A program made the position numbers and the translations under genes. The notes below the pieces were generated by a model. That model had not been told where the DNA came from, did not search any database, and saw only the letters and a list, made by a program, of their open reading frames with translations. Below, one piece after another: positions 11,143 to 20,183 of a stretch of DNA of 64,000 nucleotides. Each line of letters opens with the position of its first letter. The stretch's first letter is position 1. The stretch lies in the NCBI GenBank assembly GCA_963796105.1, contig CAWCKJ010000004.1:1440001-1504000 (forward strand), written 5' to 3'. This stretch comes from a candidate division FCPU426 bacterium. Lineage in GTDB: Bacteria > Oederibacteriota > Muellerivitia > Muellerivitales > Muellerivitaceae.

Positions 11143-11183
11143 TAAAAGAAAGGCCAGAAGTCGATGAGGCGGCTTCTGGCCTT
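11143..11183 (-). terminator. Terminator-like hairpin between the APC-PII gene and glnA
   Basis: AAGGCCAGAAG...CTTCTGGCCTT stem followed by TCTTTT on the minus strand. Confidence 0.55.
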
Positions 11184-11199
11184 ATTAATTTAAAAATTT

Positions 11200-13158
11200 T
11201 CAGACTGCGCCGACTCCCGTTTCACCGGTGCGGACTCGGACTGCCTCGTTTGCATCCAGGACGAAGATCTTCCCATCGCCCACGTTACCGGTATTCAGGA
11301 CCTCCTGCATGACGTCCATGACATGGGGAACGTCCCAGTCGTTGACCACCACATCCACCCGGGTTTTCGGGAGGAACTTGATCTTGGCCAGGCCGTCGCC
11401 GTTGGACTTGGCGCCCCTCTGCCGGCCGAAACCTTTGACGTCGGTTACGGTCATTCCCTGAACCAAGCTTTCCTTGCTCAAGGCTTCTACCAGGTCATCC
11501 AAGGCATCCGGCCTGATCATGGCTGAGATCATCTTCATTCCATGGGACTTCAGGACCGACGTGCCCATCACGTAAAGGAAGTAGAGAATGGCCGAGCCCC
11601 CAGCGATATAGAAGAAGATATTCGCCTCAGCCTTGGCATCGTCATTCCCAATCGTGTAGAGGTAAATGACTCCCCAGCACATCACTAGGTTCATCAGGAG
11701 CCCCAAGAACGGAATAAGGAAGTGCTTGAAAAGGCTGAAATCCTTGCGTTTCTTAAAGGCGATGAAGGTCCAGATGCAGACCGCGCCGTAAAGAACGAAA
11801 GTCCCAAAGTTCGAGGCCAAGGTGATTCCGGTCAAGCCGCGGACTGATTGCACACCGATGATGGCTATTCCGCTTGAGACGGCTGCCAGCATCCAGATGG
11901 CCGTGTGCGGGGAGGCGTGTTTTCTATGCAGGAAACCCAAGAAATGGGGCAATTCCCGGTCTTCCGCCATTCCGAAGGTCACGCGCACCGCAGTGTTCAT
12001 GCAGGCCAGGGTTGTGCAGACAATCGCGATGGCGACCGTCAGGGCCATGGAAATCATCAAGGCGAAACCCAAACCGCTGAACAAGTGGTTCCCGATGCTA
12101 GTGATCATATCGCCGATGGGGGCGCTGGAAGCGGCCATGGCATCCAAACCCATGACGATTTTAGTAGTGGCTGGCGCAGCGGCGACCGCGGCCACAGCCG
12201 GGGTGGTGGCGGTGGCGGCGATCGCTTGAACGGCAGCGACAGCCGGAACAGGAACGGTTCCAGTGAGTTTCTCGCTGACCATCATGTTGGCCGCGAAGTA
12301 CTCGAACAAGTAGGCCAGCAATCCCTGTACCACCAGGGCGATGATGATGGCCTTCGGGATATTCTTTTCCGGCTGTTTGGTCTCGGCCGCCAGGGCGGTC
12401 GAGCTCTCGAATCCCACCAGGATCAGGATGGCGATGGTGGACTGGACCAGGACCCCCTTGATCGAGTGGAACTGTATGATGTCAACAGGTCCGCTAAAGG
12501 ACCAACTGGCGGCGTGCTCGGGATTGATGAACCGATAGGCGATAGCCATGATCCCGAAGACCACCAAGGTTCCCCACTGGATAATGTTTCCCCAGAAGTT
12601 CAATTTGGTGGAACCCTGCACCCCCCTGTAGGCGATATAACTGACGATGAACGCAAAGACCACCGCGATCACCATCTGCCATGTCACCGTGACGGTAATC
12701 CCGAATATCGCGTTTAAAATATAACTGATCATCGTCGCCATCATGGCCACCATGACTCCGGGATATACCCAATAGAAGAGATGGGCGGCCCAGCCTGTGA
12801 TCAGCTTGGCGATGCGGGCCAGGGAAGTCGGCCCCGGGCGCTTAATGCCCTGATCGTCAATGAAGGCCTTCTCCGCGAAATATACGCAGCTGGCGAAACC
12901 CGCCTCGGGATAAATTTTCGCCAATTCGGCGTACGAAAACGCCGTCAAAAAGGCCAAGGCCAAGGCGACCAGGATTCCCGCCCACATGTCATTGGCGCAA
13001 GAAGCGCCGCTGGGCAGAGTCGCACCGGCTTGAAGCTGGTACGTAATCCACAAAAAGGCGCCCGGTGCGATCAGCGCCATAGCGTTTGTGGCCGCTCCCT
13101 TCCAGTCCAGCGTCCTCGTGACCAGGGACGCCTCCTCGGTTTGCAGTTTAGTTGCCAT
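11200..13158 (-). CDS. Amino acid (APC) permease fused to a C-terminal PII domain
   Basis: N-terminal APC TM region (LVGFES motif); in-frame C-terminus MKMISAMIRP...GFGRQRG...FLPK...TGNVGDGKIFV...RVRTGE. Confidence 0.9.
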   Translation of the reverse strand: MATKLQTEEASLVTRTLDWKGAATNAMALIAPGAFLWITYQLQAGATLPSGASCANDMWAGILVALALAFLTAFSYAELAKIYPEAGFASCVYFAEKAFIDDQGIKRPGPTSLARIAKLITGWAAHLFYWVYPGVMVAMMATMISYILNAIFGITVTVTWQMVIAVVFAFIVSYIAYRGVQGSTKLNFWGNIIQWGTLVVFGIMAIAYRFINPEHAASWSFSGPVDIIQFHSIKGVLVQSTIAILILVGFESSTALAAETKQPEKNIPKAIIIALVVQGLLAYLFEYFAANMMVSEKLTGTVPVPAVAAVQAIAATATTPAVAAVAAAPATTKIVMGLDAMAASSAPIGDMITSIGNHLFSGLGFALMISMALTVAIAIVCTTLACMNTAVRVTFGMAEDRELPHFLGFLHRKHASPHTAIWMLAAVSSGIAIIGVQSVRGLTGITLASNFGTFVLYGAVCIWTFIAFKKRKDFSLFKHFLIPFLGLLMNLVMCWGVIYLYTIGNDDAKAEANIFFYIAGGSAILYFLYVMGTSVLKSHGMKMISAMIRPDALDDLVEALSKESLVQGMTVTDVKGFGRQRGAKSNGDGLAKIKFLPKTRVDVVVNDWDVPHVMDVMQEVLNTGNVGDGKIFVLDANEAVRVRTGETGVGAV

Positions 13159-13196
13159 AACTTCCTCCTTTATTTTGAAGTTGCATCTATCCCTAG

Positions 13197-13212
13197 AGCA
13201 ACTCTCGTGCCA
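13197..13212 (-). promoter_or_regulatory. Sigma54 (-24/-12) promoter of the APC-PII gene (and possibly glnA)
   Basis: Minus strand TGGCACGAGAGTTGCT matches TGGCAC-N5-TTGC. Confidence 0.85.
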
Positions 13213-13727
13213 TTTTCCATACGCTAAAAAAGCTTCAATTTTTGATTATGACGTTAGGAAAAAGTTAGTATTCTTGGATTTTAGTCAAAAAGTACAAAAA
13301 AGTATAATATTACAATAATGTTTAATAAAACAATTTAGTTATGTATATACACTAAAAATCGCAAAAAATGTCGAATTGAGGGTATTTCGAGTCGCCTAAA
13401 TAATCTTGGTTAAGAAAGGGGCCTTATGAAACATAGGTCGGTTTTATTTTGAAATACAAATATGAGTTTAATCGAACCTCGTTTTTGTTTTCCCCATAGG
13501 TTGCATTTAAAGAGAAAAGCTTCCTTTGATCCATCTTCGAAAAGGAATCAAGGTGATGAATGGTTTTACTGTTCCGGTAACTCAAGACCTTGGTTAGAAG
13601 GAAATATGTTGAAACCCTAAAACTCAATAATCAATCTTCGGAGTATCCGCTACAAAAATGTCTTAATGAAAATTTAATACAAATGGTTTCTAAAGATAAA
13701 TCCCTATTTTGCTAACACTTTCAAAAC

Positions 13728-13743
13728 TGGCACAAGGCTTGCT
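13728..13743 (+). promoter_or_regulatory. Sigma54 promoter of the porin-PII unit
   Basis: TGGCACAAGGCTTGCT consensus match. Confidence 0.85.
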
Positions 13744-13828
13744 CATGTCTCTTATACATTGATGAAAGGTCCTTCATCCCTGAAGAATGAAGGGCCGGTT
13801 GAAGTTTTTTAACTTTAAGGAGGATGAT

Positions 13829-14968
13829 ATGAGAAAGACAATCAAGCTGATCTGTTTTATGGCTTCGTTCGCTATCGCCGGGTCGATGTCCCCGGTGTTG
13901 GCGGATACCGCCGCCCCGGCCGCCACGGCGGCCCCGACGGCCGCGGCCACACCCGCCGCCCCGGCGGTGGTGGTGGATGGTTTGGTGGATGGCTATTACA
14001 GCTATAACTTCACCAATTCTGCACACTCCATGAATGGAGCGGGAAATGGCGGTCTCTATGGATTCAACCTGACGGATAACTCCTACCGGTTGGAACTGGC
14101 CGAGGCCACGTTGACCGCGACCCAAGGGCCGGCCAGCGGGCACTTGACTTTGGCTTATGGGGAGACTGCGGACATCCTGAGCTTGACCACGGGCCTTCCG
14201 TTCGTGGAACAAGCTTATGTTTCTTATGTCGCAGGTCAATGGACTTTCAACGCCGGAAAGTTCGTCACATGGCTAGGGAATGAGGTAATCGAAAGCAAGA
14301 GCAACTGGAATTACAGCCGCTCCCTGCTTTTCTATGCTATTCCCTTGTTCCATACGGGTTTAAGCATCAATTACGCTCCCTCCACCATATTCGGGATTAC
14401 CGGATATGCCGTCAATGGATGGAATAACGACACTGCCACGAATGTGGACGGAGAAAAGTCCTTTGGATTGCAGGTATCCATCAAACCGGATTCCGCTTGG
14501 ACGATTCTATTGAATGGGATCGCGGGACCCAATCCCGCTTCCACGACGGATGGAAGCACGAATATAGTGGGTGAGGCCATTATTTCGTATAACGCGACAG
14601 ACAAATTGTCCTTAGCTTTAGACGGCGAATACATCAACCAGGATTTGCCCGCGGGACCGCCCAATGCCGATGGAATCATGGGGATTGCCCTCTATGCCCG
14701 CTACCAGATCCAGAGCGACTGGGCCGCCGCCCTCCGGTTGGAGCAGTTGAGCAACGACAATGGCGGGTCACCCGCTGTCAGCTCGGATGCCAGGGAAGCC
14801 ACTTTGACGATCGAGCATAACCTGACGGCCAATACGTTGTTACGCTTGGAAGGCCGTTATGACTACGCCTTGGCCGGTGGAACGGAACTTCCTGCCGGAT
14901 CAGGGCCCTATGCCGGCGGCGATCCCGACCAGTTGACGGGAACATTCTCAACTGTGTTCAGCTTCTAA
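13829..14968 (+). CDS. Outer-membrane beta-barrel porin (BBP2/DUF1597-like)
   Basis: AAGGAGG RBS, signal peptide, GLVDGYYSYNF, GKFVTWLGNEVIE..NWNYSRS, terminal FSF. Confidence 0.8.
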   Translation: MRKTIKLICFMASFAIAGSMSPVLADTAAPAATAAPTAAATPAAPAVVVDGLVDGYYSYNFTNSAHSMNGAGNGGLYGFNLTDNSYRLELAEATLTATQGPASGHLTLAYGETADILSLTTGLPFVEQAYVSYVAGQWTFNAGKFVTWLGNEVIESKSNWNYSRSLLFYAIPLFHTGLSINYAPSTIFGITGYAVNGWNNDTATNVDGEKSFGLQVSIKPDSAWTILLNGIAGPNPASTTDGSTNIVGEAIISYNATDKLSLALDGEYINQDLPAGPPNADGIMGIALYARYQIQSDWAAALRLEQLSNDNGGSPAVSSDAREATLTIEHNLTANTLLRLEGRYDYALAGGTELPAGSGPYAGGDPDQLTGTFSTVFSF

Positions 14969-15048
14969 TTTGTAAATCGAAAGCGGGGGGTGCCCCTCAA
15001 TCTAAATTCGGGGCACCAACCTCTTTGAATCGGAACAAGGTGAAAATC

Positions 15049-15390
15049 ATGAAAAAGGTAGAAGCGATCATCCGACCGGAGAAATTTGACGAGGTCAAAG
15101 TAGCGCTGGAGGAAGCCGGTTACGCCGGAATCACGGTGACCGAGGTCCAGGGACACGGCAAACAGAAGGGGGTTACCCAAACCTGGAGGGGACGCCAGTA
15201 TTTGGTGCAACTCCTGCCGAAACTCAAGCTGGAGGTCGTTACGGCCAATGAAAAAGCCGCGAAAATGGTCCAGGCGGTTTTGAAGGCCGCGTCGACAGGC
15301 AACTTGGGCGACGGCAAAATTTTCGTCTATGACGTCGCGGAAGCCTACCGGATCAGCAGCGGGGAAAAGGGTGAGAATGTGGTCTTGTAA
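15049..15390 (+). CDS. Nitrogen regulatory protein PII
   Basis: KKVEAIIRPEK, GHGKQKG, TGNLGDGKIFV; T-loop Tyr retained (WRGRQY). Confidence 0.95.
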   Translation: MKKVEAIIRPEKFDEVKVALEEAGYAGITVTEVQGHGKQKGVTQTWRGRQYLVQLLPKLKLEVVTANEKAAKMVQAVLKAASTGNLGDGKIFVYDVAEAYRISSGEKGENVVL

Positions 15391-15588
15391 GCAACCACTC
15401 ACCCAAACTCTCTCTCTGGGCAACACAGGGGGCCAACCCGGCCAAGGTTGGTCCCTTTGTTGTTTTACCGGTAGTTTGGAAATAGGTTTTGGCCCGCCAT
15501 TCAGTTGCCGCACGGGAACGCCGCTGGATGGTTTGAATATAAGGCGTTAATTTTCCGTGTTTAACTAGAGTTGTAGAGGAGGGGGAAT

Positions 15589-16035
15589 ATGAATACCCTT
15601 AGGATTATTGGAAAATCAATTTTCATTGTTGTCCCATTTTCTCTTATGATTTGGTATTTTCTCAGCCACCTTTCGTCCCTTTCCAATGCGCGGAAAGAGG
15701 GAGTCTTTAGACGATTGGAATTGTCCAAAAGCCAATACGAGTTCATACGCAAGAGCCAGGCTACTTCACGGAATAAAATCTCTGAAATTAATTCCCAACT
15801 TGCGTTGAAACTGGTGGAATTGGAAACCGAATACGATAAGGCGAATCCGGATATGAACCGTTTGGACTCGTTATGCGGGGAAATCTGGCAATTAAAAGGA
15901 AAACGGGCGGAAGAGTACATCATCGTCCAGTTGGAGTTGGAAAGGAAAATCCTGACGCCGAAGCAATTAGGGTTATTGGAGGAAGTCCAGGGGAGGCAGG
16001 TTTCCGCGAATGGAAGCCCAGGAACTTGGAATTAA
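15589..16035 (+). CDS. Membrane-anchored Spy/CpxP/ZraP-like helical periplasmic protein
   Basis: N-terminal TM, LELSKSQ...ILTPKQ (LTxxQ-like) motifs. Confidence 0.55.
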   Translation: MNTLRIIGKSIFIVVPFSLMIWYFLSHLSSLSNARKEGVFRRLELSKSQYEFIRKSQATSRNKISEINSQLALKLVELETEYDKANPDMNRLDSLCGEIWQLKGKRAEEYIIVQLELERKILTPKQLGLLEEVQGRQVSANGSPGTWN

Positions 16036-16070
16036 GTGTAAAATCAATCACCGCTTAAAGGAGGTGGTCC

Positions 16071-16442
16071 ATGCTTAAAATTGAAGCCATTATACGCCCT
16101 GAGAAATTGGGTGATGTCCAGCGAAGACTCCGTAAGATCGGCTATCCCGGCATGATGGTCACCGAAATGGAGGGGCATGGCCGCCAGAAGGGCCTTCACT
16201 CCGGCTGGCCCGAGAGCCTGAGGGTGAATTTCTTGCCTAAAACCAAGATTGAGATCGTCGTGGAGAAAAAGCATAAAAAGGAAGTTCTCAAGGCTATCAT
16301 CGGAGGTGCCCGCACGGGGGAAATGGGAGACGGAAAGATATTCCTATCGGATGTCCGCGACGCCATCCGGATCAGCACCGGGGAGCGGGGGAAAAAAGCA
16401 ATCTCGATGATGGTTAAACTCAAAAATACAAAAAAACACTGA
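16071..16442 (+). CDS. PII-family protein with divergent T-loop
   Basis: KIEAIIRPEKL, GHGRQKG, RTGEMGDGKIF. Confidence 0.9.
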   Translation: MLKIEAIIRPEKLGDVQRRLRKIGYPGMMVTEMEGHGRQKGLHSGWPESLRVNFLPKTKIEIVVEKKHKKEVLKAIIGGARTGEMGDGKIFLSDVRDAIRISTGERGKKAISMMVKLKNTKKH

Positions 16443-16551
16443 AAAAACATCTTTTTACCAAAGGTCCCCATGGGGGACCTTTGGTTAATTGTTCTTTCTA
16501 AGCGAGTCCCTAAAGTGAGATTGATTTTGCTTTTTTGAGGAAGGTTCAACC

Positions 16552-17910
16552 ATGGATATCCTGAATCCCTGGCGGCAAATGAATGGGACCATGGCGGCCC
16601 TTCATTCCATCCCGTTTCTTTTCCTGTTAATCTCCATCGCCATTTTTCCTTTCACCGCTTTAACGTCCCGCTGGTGGGAAAAGATGGAAAATAAAATATT
16701 TTTATCATCTGTTTGCGCGGTTGGGGGTGTTTTGCTCTACTTAAGGCCGGCCGGAGATTTACCCAAGGTGTTGGAAACCTACATGGATTACCTGTCTTTC
16801 CTGGTCCTGTTGGGATCGCTTTTCACCGTATCGGGGGGGATTCACATCTCGGGCGCATTCGCCGGCTTTCCCTGGTTAAACACTCTTTTCATGGCAATCG
16901 GGGCGCTATTGTCCAACGTACTTGGCACCACCGGAGCCAGCATCCTATTGATCAGGCCCTTGCTTCATGCGAACCGGCACCGAAAACACAAGGCTCATGT
17001 CGTGTTTTTCTTCATTTGCATCGTGTCCAATTGCGCGGCTTGCCTCATCCCCCTGGGGCCCCCGCTTTATTTGGGGTACTTGAGGGGCGTTCCGTTCCTT
17101 TGGACCCTGCGGTTGGCGGCGCCTTGCGGGTTGGTGATGGCCTGCCTGCTTCTCTCGTTCTATTTTTACGACGAACTGGTTTATAAAAAGGAGGATTTGG
17201 AAAGTCAAGGCTATATGACAAAGGAAGTGGTGGAGGCCCGTAGGAAAATCCATATCCAGGGTTGGGGAAACGTAGGGTATTTGGCGTTGTTAATCATCGG
17301 CATCTTATTCGCCGGATATGTCCTGTTCCCGGCATTGTCCGTATCGCTCGGGGAGCCGCTTGGGGGCCTTTATTCCAAAGCCATCCAAATTCTTTACATG
17401 GGCCTCATCGGGGTCCTTTCCTACCGCACTACTTCCGAGGTAGTGCGCCAGCAAAACCAATTCCACTTTGGCCCCCTTTGGGAAGTGGCCATTCTTTTTT
17501 TCGGCATCTTTGGCGCCATGGTGCCGGTGTTGGCGATTCTCGAAGCCTGGGGCCCTTCCATAGCCATCCGCCAACCCTGGCAATTTTTTTGGGTCTCAGG
17601 AATTTTAAGCGCTTTTCTGGACAACGCTCCCACCTATCTGACCGCTACGGCCCTGGCGGCCAGCCAAAACGGGATTGCCCCCGGTCATCTGGGGGATCTG
17701 GCGGAAAGGATTCCCCAATTCCTGGCAGCTATTTCTTGTGGTTCCTCTTTTATGGGTGCGTTGACTTATATTGGCAATGGGCCGAATATGATGGTCAAGT
17801 CCATCGCCGAACAAGCCCGTGTGAAAATGCCCTCCTTTGGGGGTTACATGCTTTGGTCAATGGCAGTACTCGTACCAACGTTCATCATTGTCACTTTCGT
17901 GTTTTTCTGA
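16552..17910 (+). CDS. Ion-transporter superfamily protein (CitMHS_2 / putative Na+:H+ antiporter)
   Basis: GTTGASILLIRPLL, SAFLDNAPTY, GALTYIGNGPN, MPSFGGY motifs. Confidence 0.85.
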   Translation: MDILNPWRQMNGTMAALHSIPFLFLLISIAIFPFTALTSRWWEKMENKIFLSSVCAVGGVLLYLRPAGDLPKVLETYMDYLSFLVLLGSLFTVSGGIHISGAFAGFPWLNTLFMAIGALLSNVLGTTGASILLIRPLLHANRHRKHKAHVVFFFICIVSNCAACLIPLGPPLYLGYLRGVPFLWTLRLAAPCGLVMACLLLSFYFYDELVYKKEDLESQGYMTKEVVEARRKIHIQGWGNVGYLALLIIGILFAGYVLFPALSVSLGEPLGGLYSKAIQILYMGLIGVLSYRTTSEVVRQQNQFHFGPLWEVAILFFGIFGAMVPVLAILEAWGPSIAIRQPWQFFWVSGILSAFLDNAPTYLTATALAASQNGIAPGHLGDLAERIPQFLAAISCGSSFMGALTYIGNGPNMMVKSIAEQARVKMPSFGGYMLWSMAVLVPTFIIVTFVFF

Positions 17911-18015
17911 GGCTTTCAATTAAAGGCTTCCTCAACGATTTTTCACAGCGGTGTGTTGGGCCCTATGGATCTCAAGAGTACCCTTTGGCGAAAGTGTTTT
18001 TTCTGGAGGTAATTT

Positions 18016-18327
18016 ATGAGCCGATGGTTCATATTGGTTTTAGCTGCGTTTTTGGAGGTGGGAGGCGACGCCCTGGTGCGCTGGGGGTTGAAATCCGGAA
18101 GAATCATCGGCTTTGTCTTGGGCGCGATCGTTCTTTTTTCCTACGGCCTGACCGTGAACCTGCCAGATTGGGATTTCGGGAAATTACTGGGTATTTATAT
18201 CGTCTTGTTTTTCATTATTTCCCAATTGGTGAGTGTCTTTGCGTTCGGCGAGACCATCCCTCCTTCTCGAATGGTTGGCGGTGCCTTGATTATTGGCGGA
18301 GGGCTGTGGATGATGTTCGCGAAGTGA
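18016..18327 (+). CDS. Small 4-TM SMR/DMT-like membrane protein
   Basis: AAFLEVGGDAL, FGKLLGIY, GGALIIGG. Confidence 0.75.
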   Translation: MSRWFILVLAAFLEVGGDALVRWGLKSGRIIGFVLGAIVLFSYGLTVNLPDWDFGKLLGIYIVLFFIISQLVSVFAFGETIPPSRMVGGALIIGGGLWMMFAK

Positions 18328-18348
18328 AAAACTTCCGGAATGCCCAAA

Positions 18349-18572
18349 TTCACCACAGGTCCTCTTCGAGGACCACAGGGGCACAGAAAGAGAAAGTATT
18401 TCCCGAGTTTAAACGGCAAAGACTAATTATTTATGATGCGGAAAAATTCGAATTAACCTTAGGTTTTCAATAAAAATTAAAGATTCACCACTTTACTGGC
18501 TCTGTAAAGAAATACCTTAAAATAAATGGGTTAACCGTGCTTCTGTGCGGTGCGAAGCACCACTGTGGTGAA
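18349..18572. repeat. Gene-less copy of the GxxExxY-associated element (left end, AT-rich filler, right end)
   Basis: TTCACCACAG-GTCCTCTTCGAGGAC-CACAGGGGCACAG ... CTGTGCGGTGCGAAGCACCACTGTGGTGAA. Confidence 0.75.
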
Positions 18573-18660
18573 AGAATTTTTAAGGTTAATGTTTTAGTGG
18601 GGTTTCTTTTTAATAAATGAATTAGTACTATACGGTTTCCAATCCCATTTGGAGGAAAGC

Positions 18661-19113
18661 ATGGCTGAAACCTATCCGACTCCCTATGTCTTCGTCTATG
18701 ACGTGTTCCTCAAGGACGCCGTCAAGCACGTCAAAATCTTCCCCTATATCAAGACTTGGGCAAGGGCCGAGATGCCGGGAAAGCTTTACCAGCTTCCCAC
18801 GGGTCTTCCAATCGTCGTGGATGAGCCGGGGGGTACTGTTTTTGGGGAAGTGATGACTTTCGAGAGAATGGAAGACGTCCTGAAAATCATCGACGCCCAG
18901 GAGGGTTTCAGGCCAGAGGCACCTGCCATGAGCCGGTTGATGCGCGAGGTGAGGGAAGTGACCATTCCCTCAACCGGCGAGAAGGTTCAGGCCCTGGTTT
19001 ACCTGTTCCCCAAGGAAAAGTTCAACGCGAAGGAAATGTTCGCGGTTCACGCCCATGGCGGGGATTGGCGCAAGTTCGTCATGATGCCCCGGTTCGATGG
19101 GTACCAACACTGA
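18661..19113 (+). CDS. Gamma-glutamylcyclotransferase (AIG2-like) family protein
   Basis: VFVY, GKLY, VFGEV, DAQEGF, ALVY, GDW pattern. Confidence 0.7.
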   Translation: MAETYPTPYVFVYDVFLKDAVKHVKIFPYIKTWARAEMPGKLYQLPTGLPIVVDEPGGTVFGEVMTFERMEDVLKIIDAQEGFRPEAPAMSRLMREVREVTIPSTGEKVQALVYLFPKEKFNAKEMFAVHAHGGDWRKFVMMPRFDGYQH

Positions 19114-19390
19114 GAAGACGCGATTAATCCATTTCCCTGTAGTACCAAATAATGGAATAAAAAGCGCAACCGATATTTCCTCTATTCTCTTTGTCCTCAT
19201 TTAACCAATATTACTTTTATCTTCTGCGGTTGCTACGGCAATCCCATTCCCAATAACGCCCTGTCCCCGGAAAAGTGTCGCCTTCCCCAAAAAATATTTT
19301 TTAAAAAGCCTTATTTCCCTATGAAACCCGGTTTTAAGAATATTCGTCTTATCCAGTGAAGATTAAAATTCGCTGGAAGGGAGAAATAAA

Positions 19391-19660
19391 ATGAAAAAGA
19401 TCACAATGATTTTTAGCTTGTTGGCGGTTTTAGCCTCAGCCGGGGCGGCCTCAGCCCGGGAGGTGGTAGTCGTGGGCCCAGGCCCGGGAATTGCCGCGGT
19501 AGTGGCGCCTTTTCCTGAGGTGCGGGTGATCGTGGGAAGACCCGGCATATATTGCTGGTACCAGGGCCGCTATTACAGCCGCCCGGCTTGGGACCGGTAC
19601 TGCCGATTCCATCCAGCCAGGTACGCTTACCGCTACCACCGGAATCATGGTTGGTACTAA
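19391..19660 (+). CDS. Small exported protein
   Basis: GGGAG RBS, signal peptide ASA-REVVVVG, Y/R/H-rich tail. Confidence 0.65.
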   Translation: MKKITMIFSLLAVLASAGAASAREVVVVGPGPGIAAVVAPFPEVRVIVGRPGIYCWYQGRYYSRPAWDRYCRFHPARYAYRYHRNHGWY

Positions 19661-19734
19661 AGCGTAAGCCGGCCAATTAAGCGCCGATGAACCTATCCAT
19701 TTGAGGATCATCGGCGCTTTTTCTTTTTGGTTAC

Positions 19735-20178
19735 CTAAGGAAGCATGAGGTTGCCCGCTTTGTCCATCTTGAAATGCGGGTTCCAGGCCACTTCCCAAAG
19801 GTGCCCGTCCGGATCGGCGAAATAACCGCTATGTCCGCCCCAAAAGACGTCCTGGGCTGGCTTCACGATTTTCCCGCCTGCCTCTTCCGCTTGTTTCAAA
19901 ACAAGGGCAACATCCCTCTTTCGCTGGACGTTCTGGGCCAGGGTCACCCCCCTGAACCCGCTTCCCTTGGCGGGAACCAACGCGTCCTCTGCTAAAAGAG
20001 CGCGGGGATAAAGCGCAAGGATGGCTCCTTGGGTCTTAAAGAAGACGATGTCCCCCTTGCTGGACTTGGAGACAGGGAACCCCAGGCCCTTTCCGTAAAA
20101 ATGCCGGGATTTCCCAAGGTTGGAAACACCCAAGGTGACGATGTGGAACCTTGGTTTTATTTTCCCGGATTTAGCCAA
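19735..20178 (-). CDS. VOC/glyoxalase family protein
   Basis: KPRFHIVTLGV...FWGGHSGYFADPDGHLWEVAWNP; the true start is probably the TTG at 20178. Confidence 0.9.
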   Translation of the reverse strand: MAKSGKIKPRFHIVTLGVSNLGKSRHFYGKGLGFPVSKSSKGDIVFFKTQGAILALYPRALLAEDALVPAKGSGFRGVTLAQNVQRKRDVALVLKQAEEAGGKIVKPAQDVFWGGHSGYFADPDGHLWEVAWNPHFKMDKAGNLMLP

Positions 20179-20183
20179 GGGTT

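Noticed and set aside
17911..18015. Guanidine riboswitch upstream of the SMR-like gene
   Set aside because: No ykkC-type or twin ACGR-hairpin consensus is visible.
17262..18473. 403-aa alternative-frame ORF
   Set aside because: Overlaps two well-supported genes and a repeat; no recognisable motifs.
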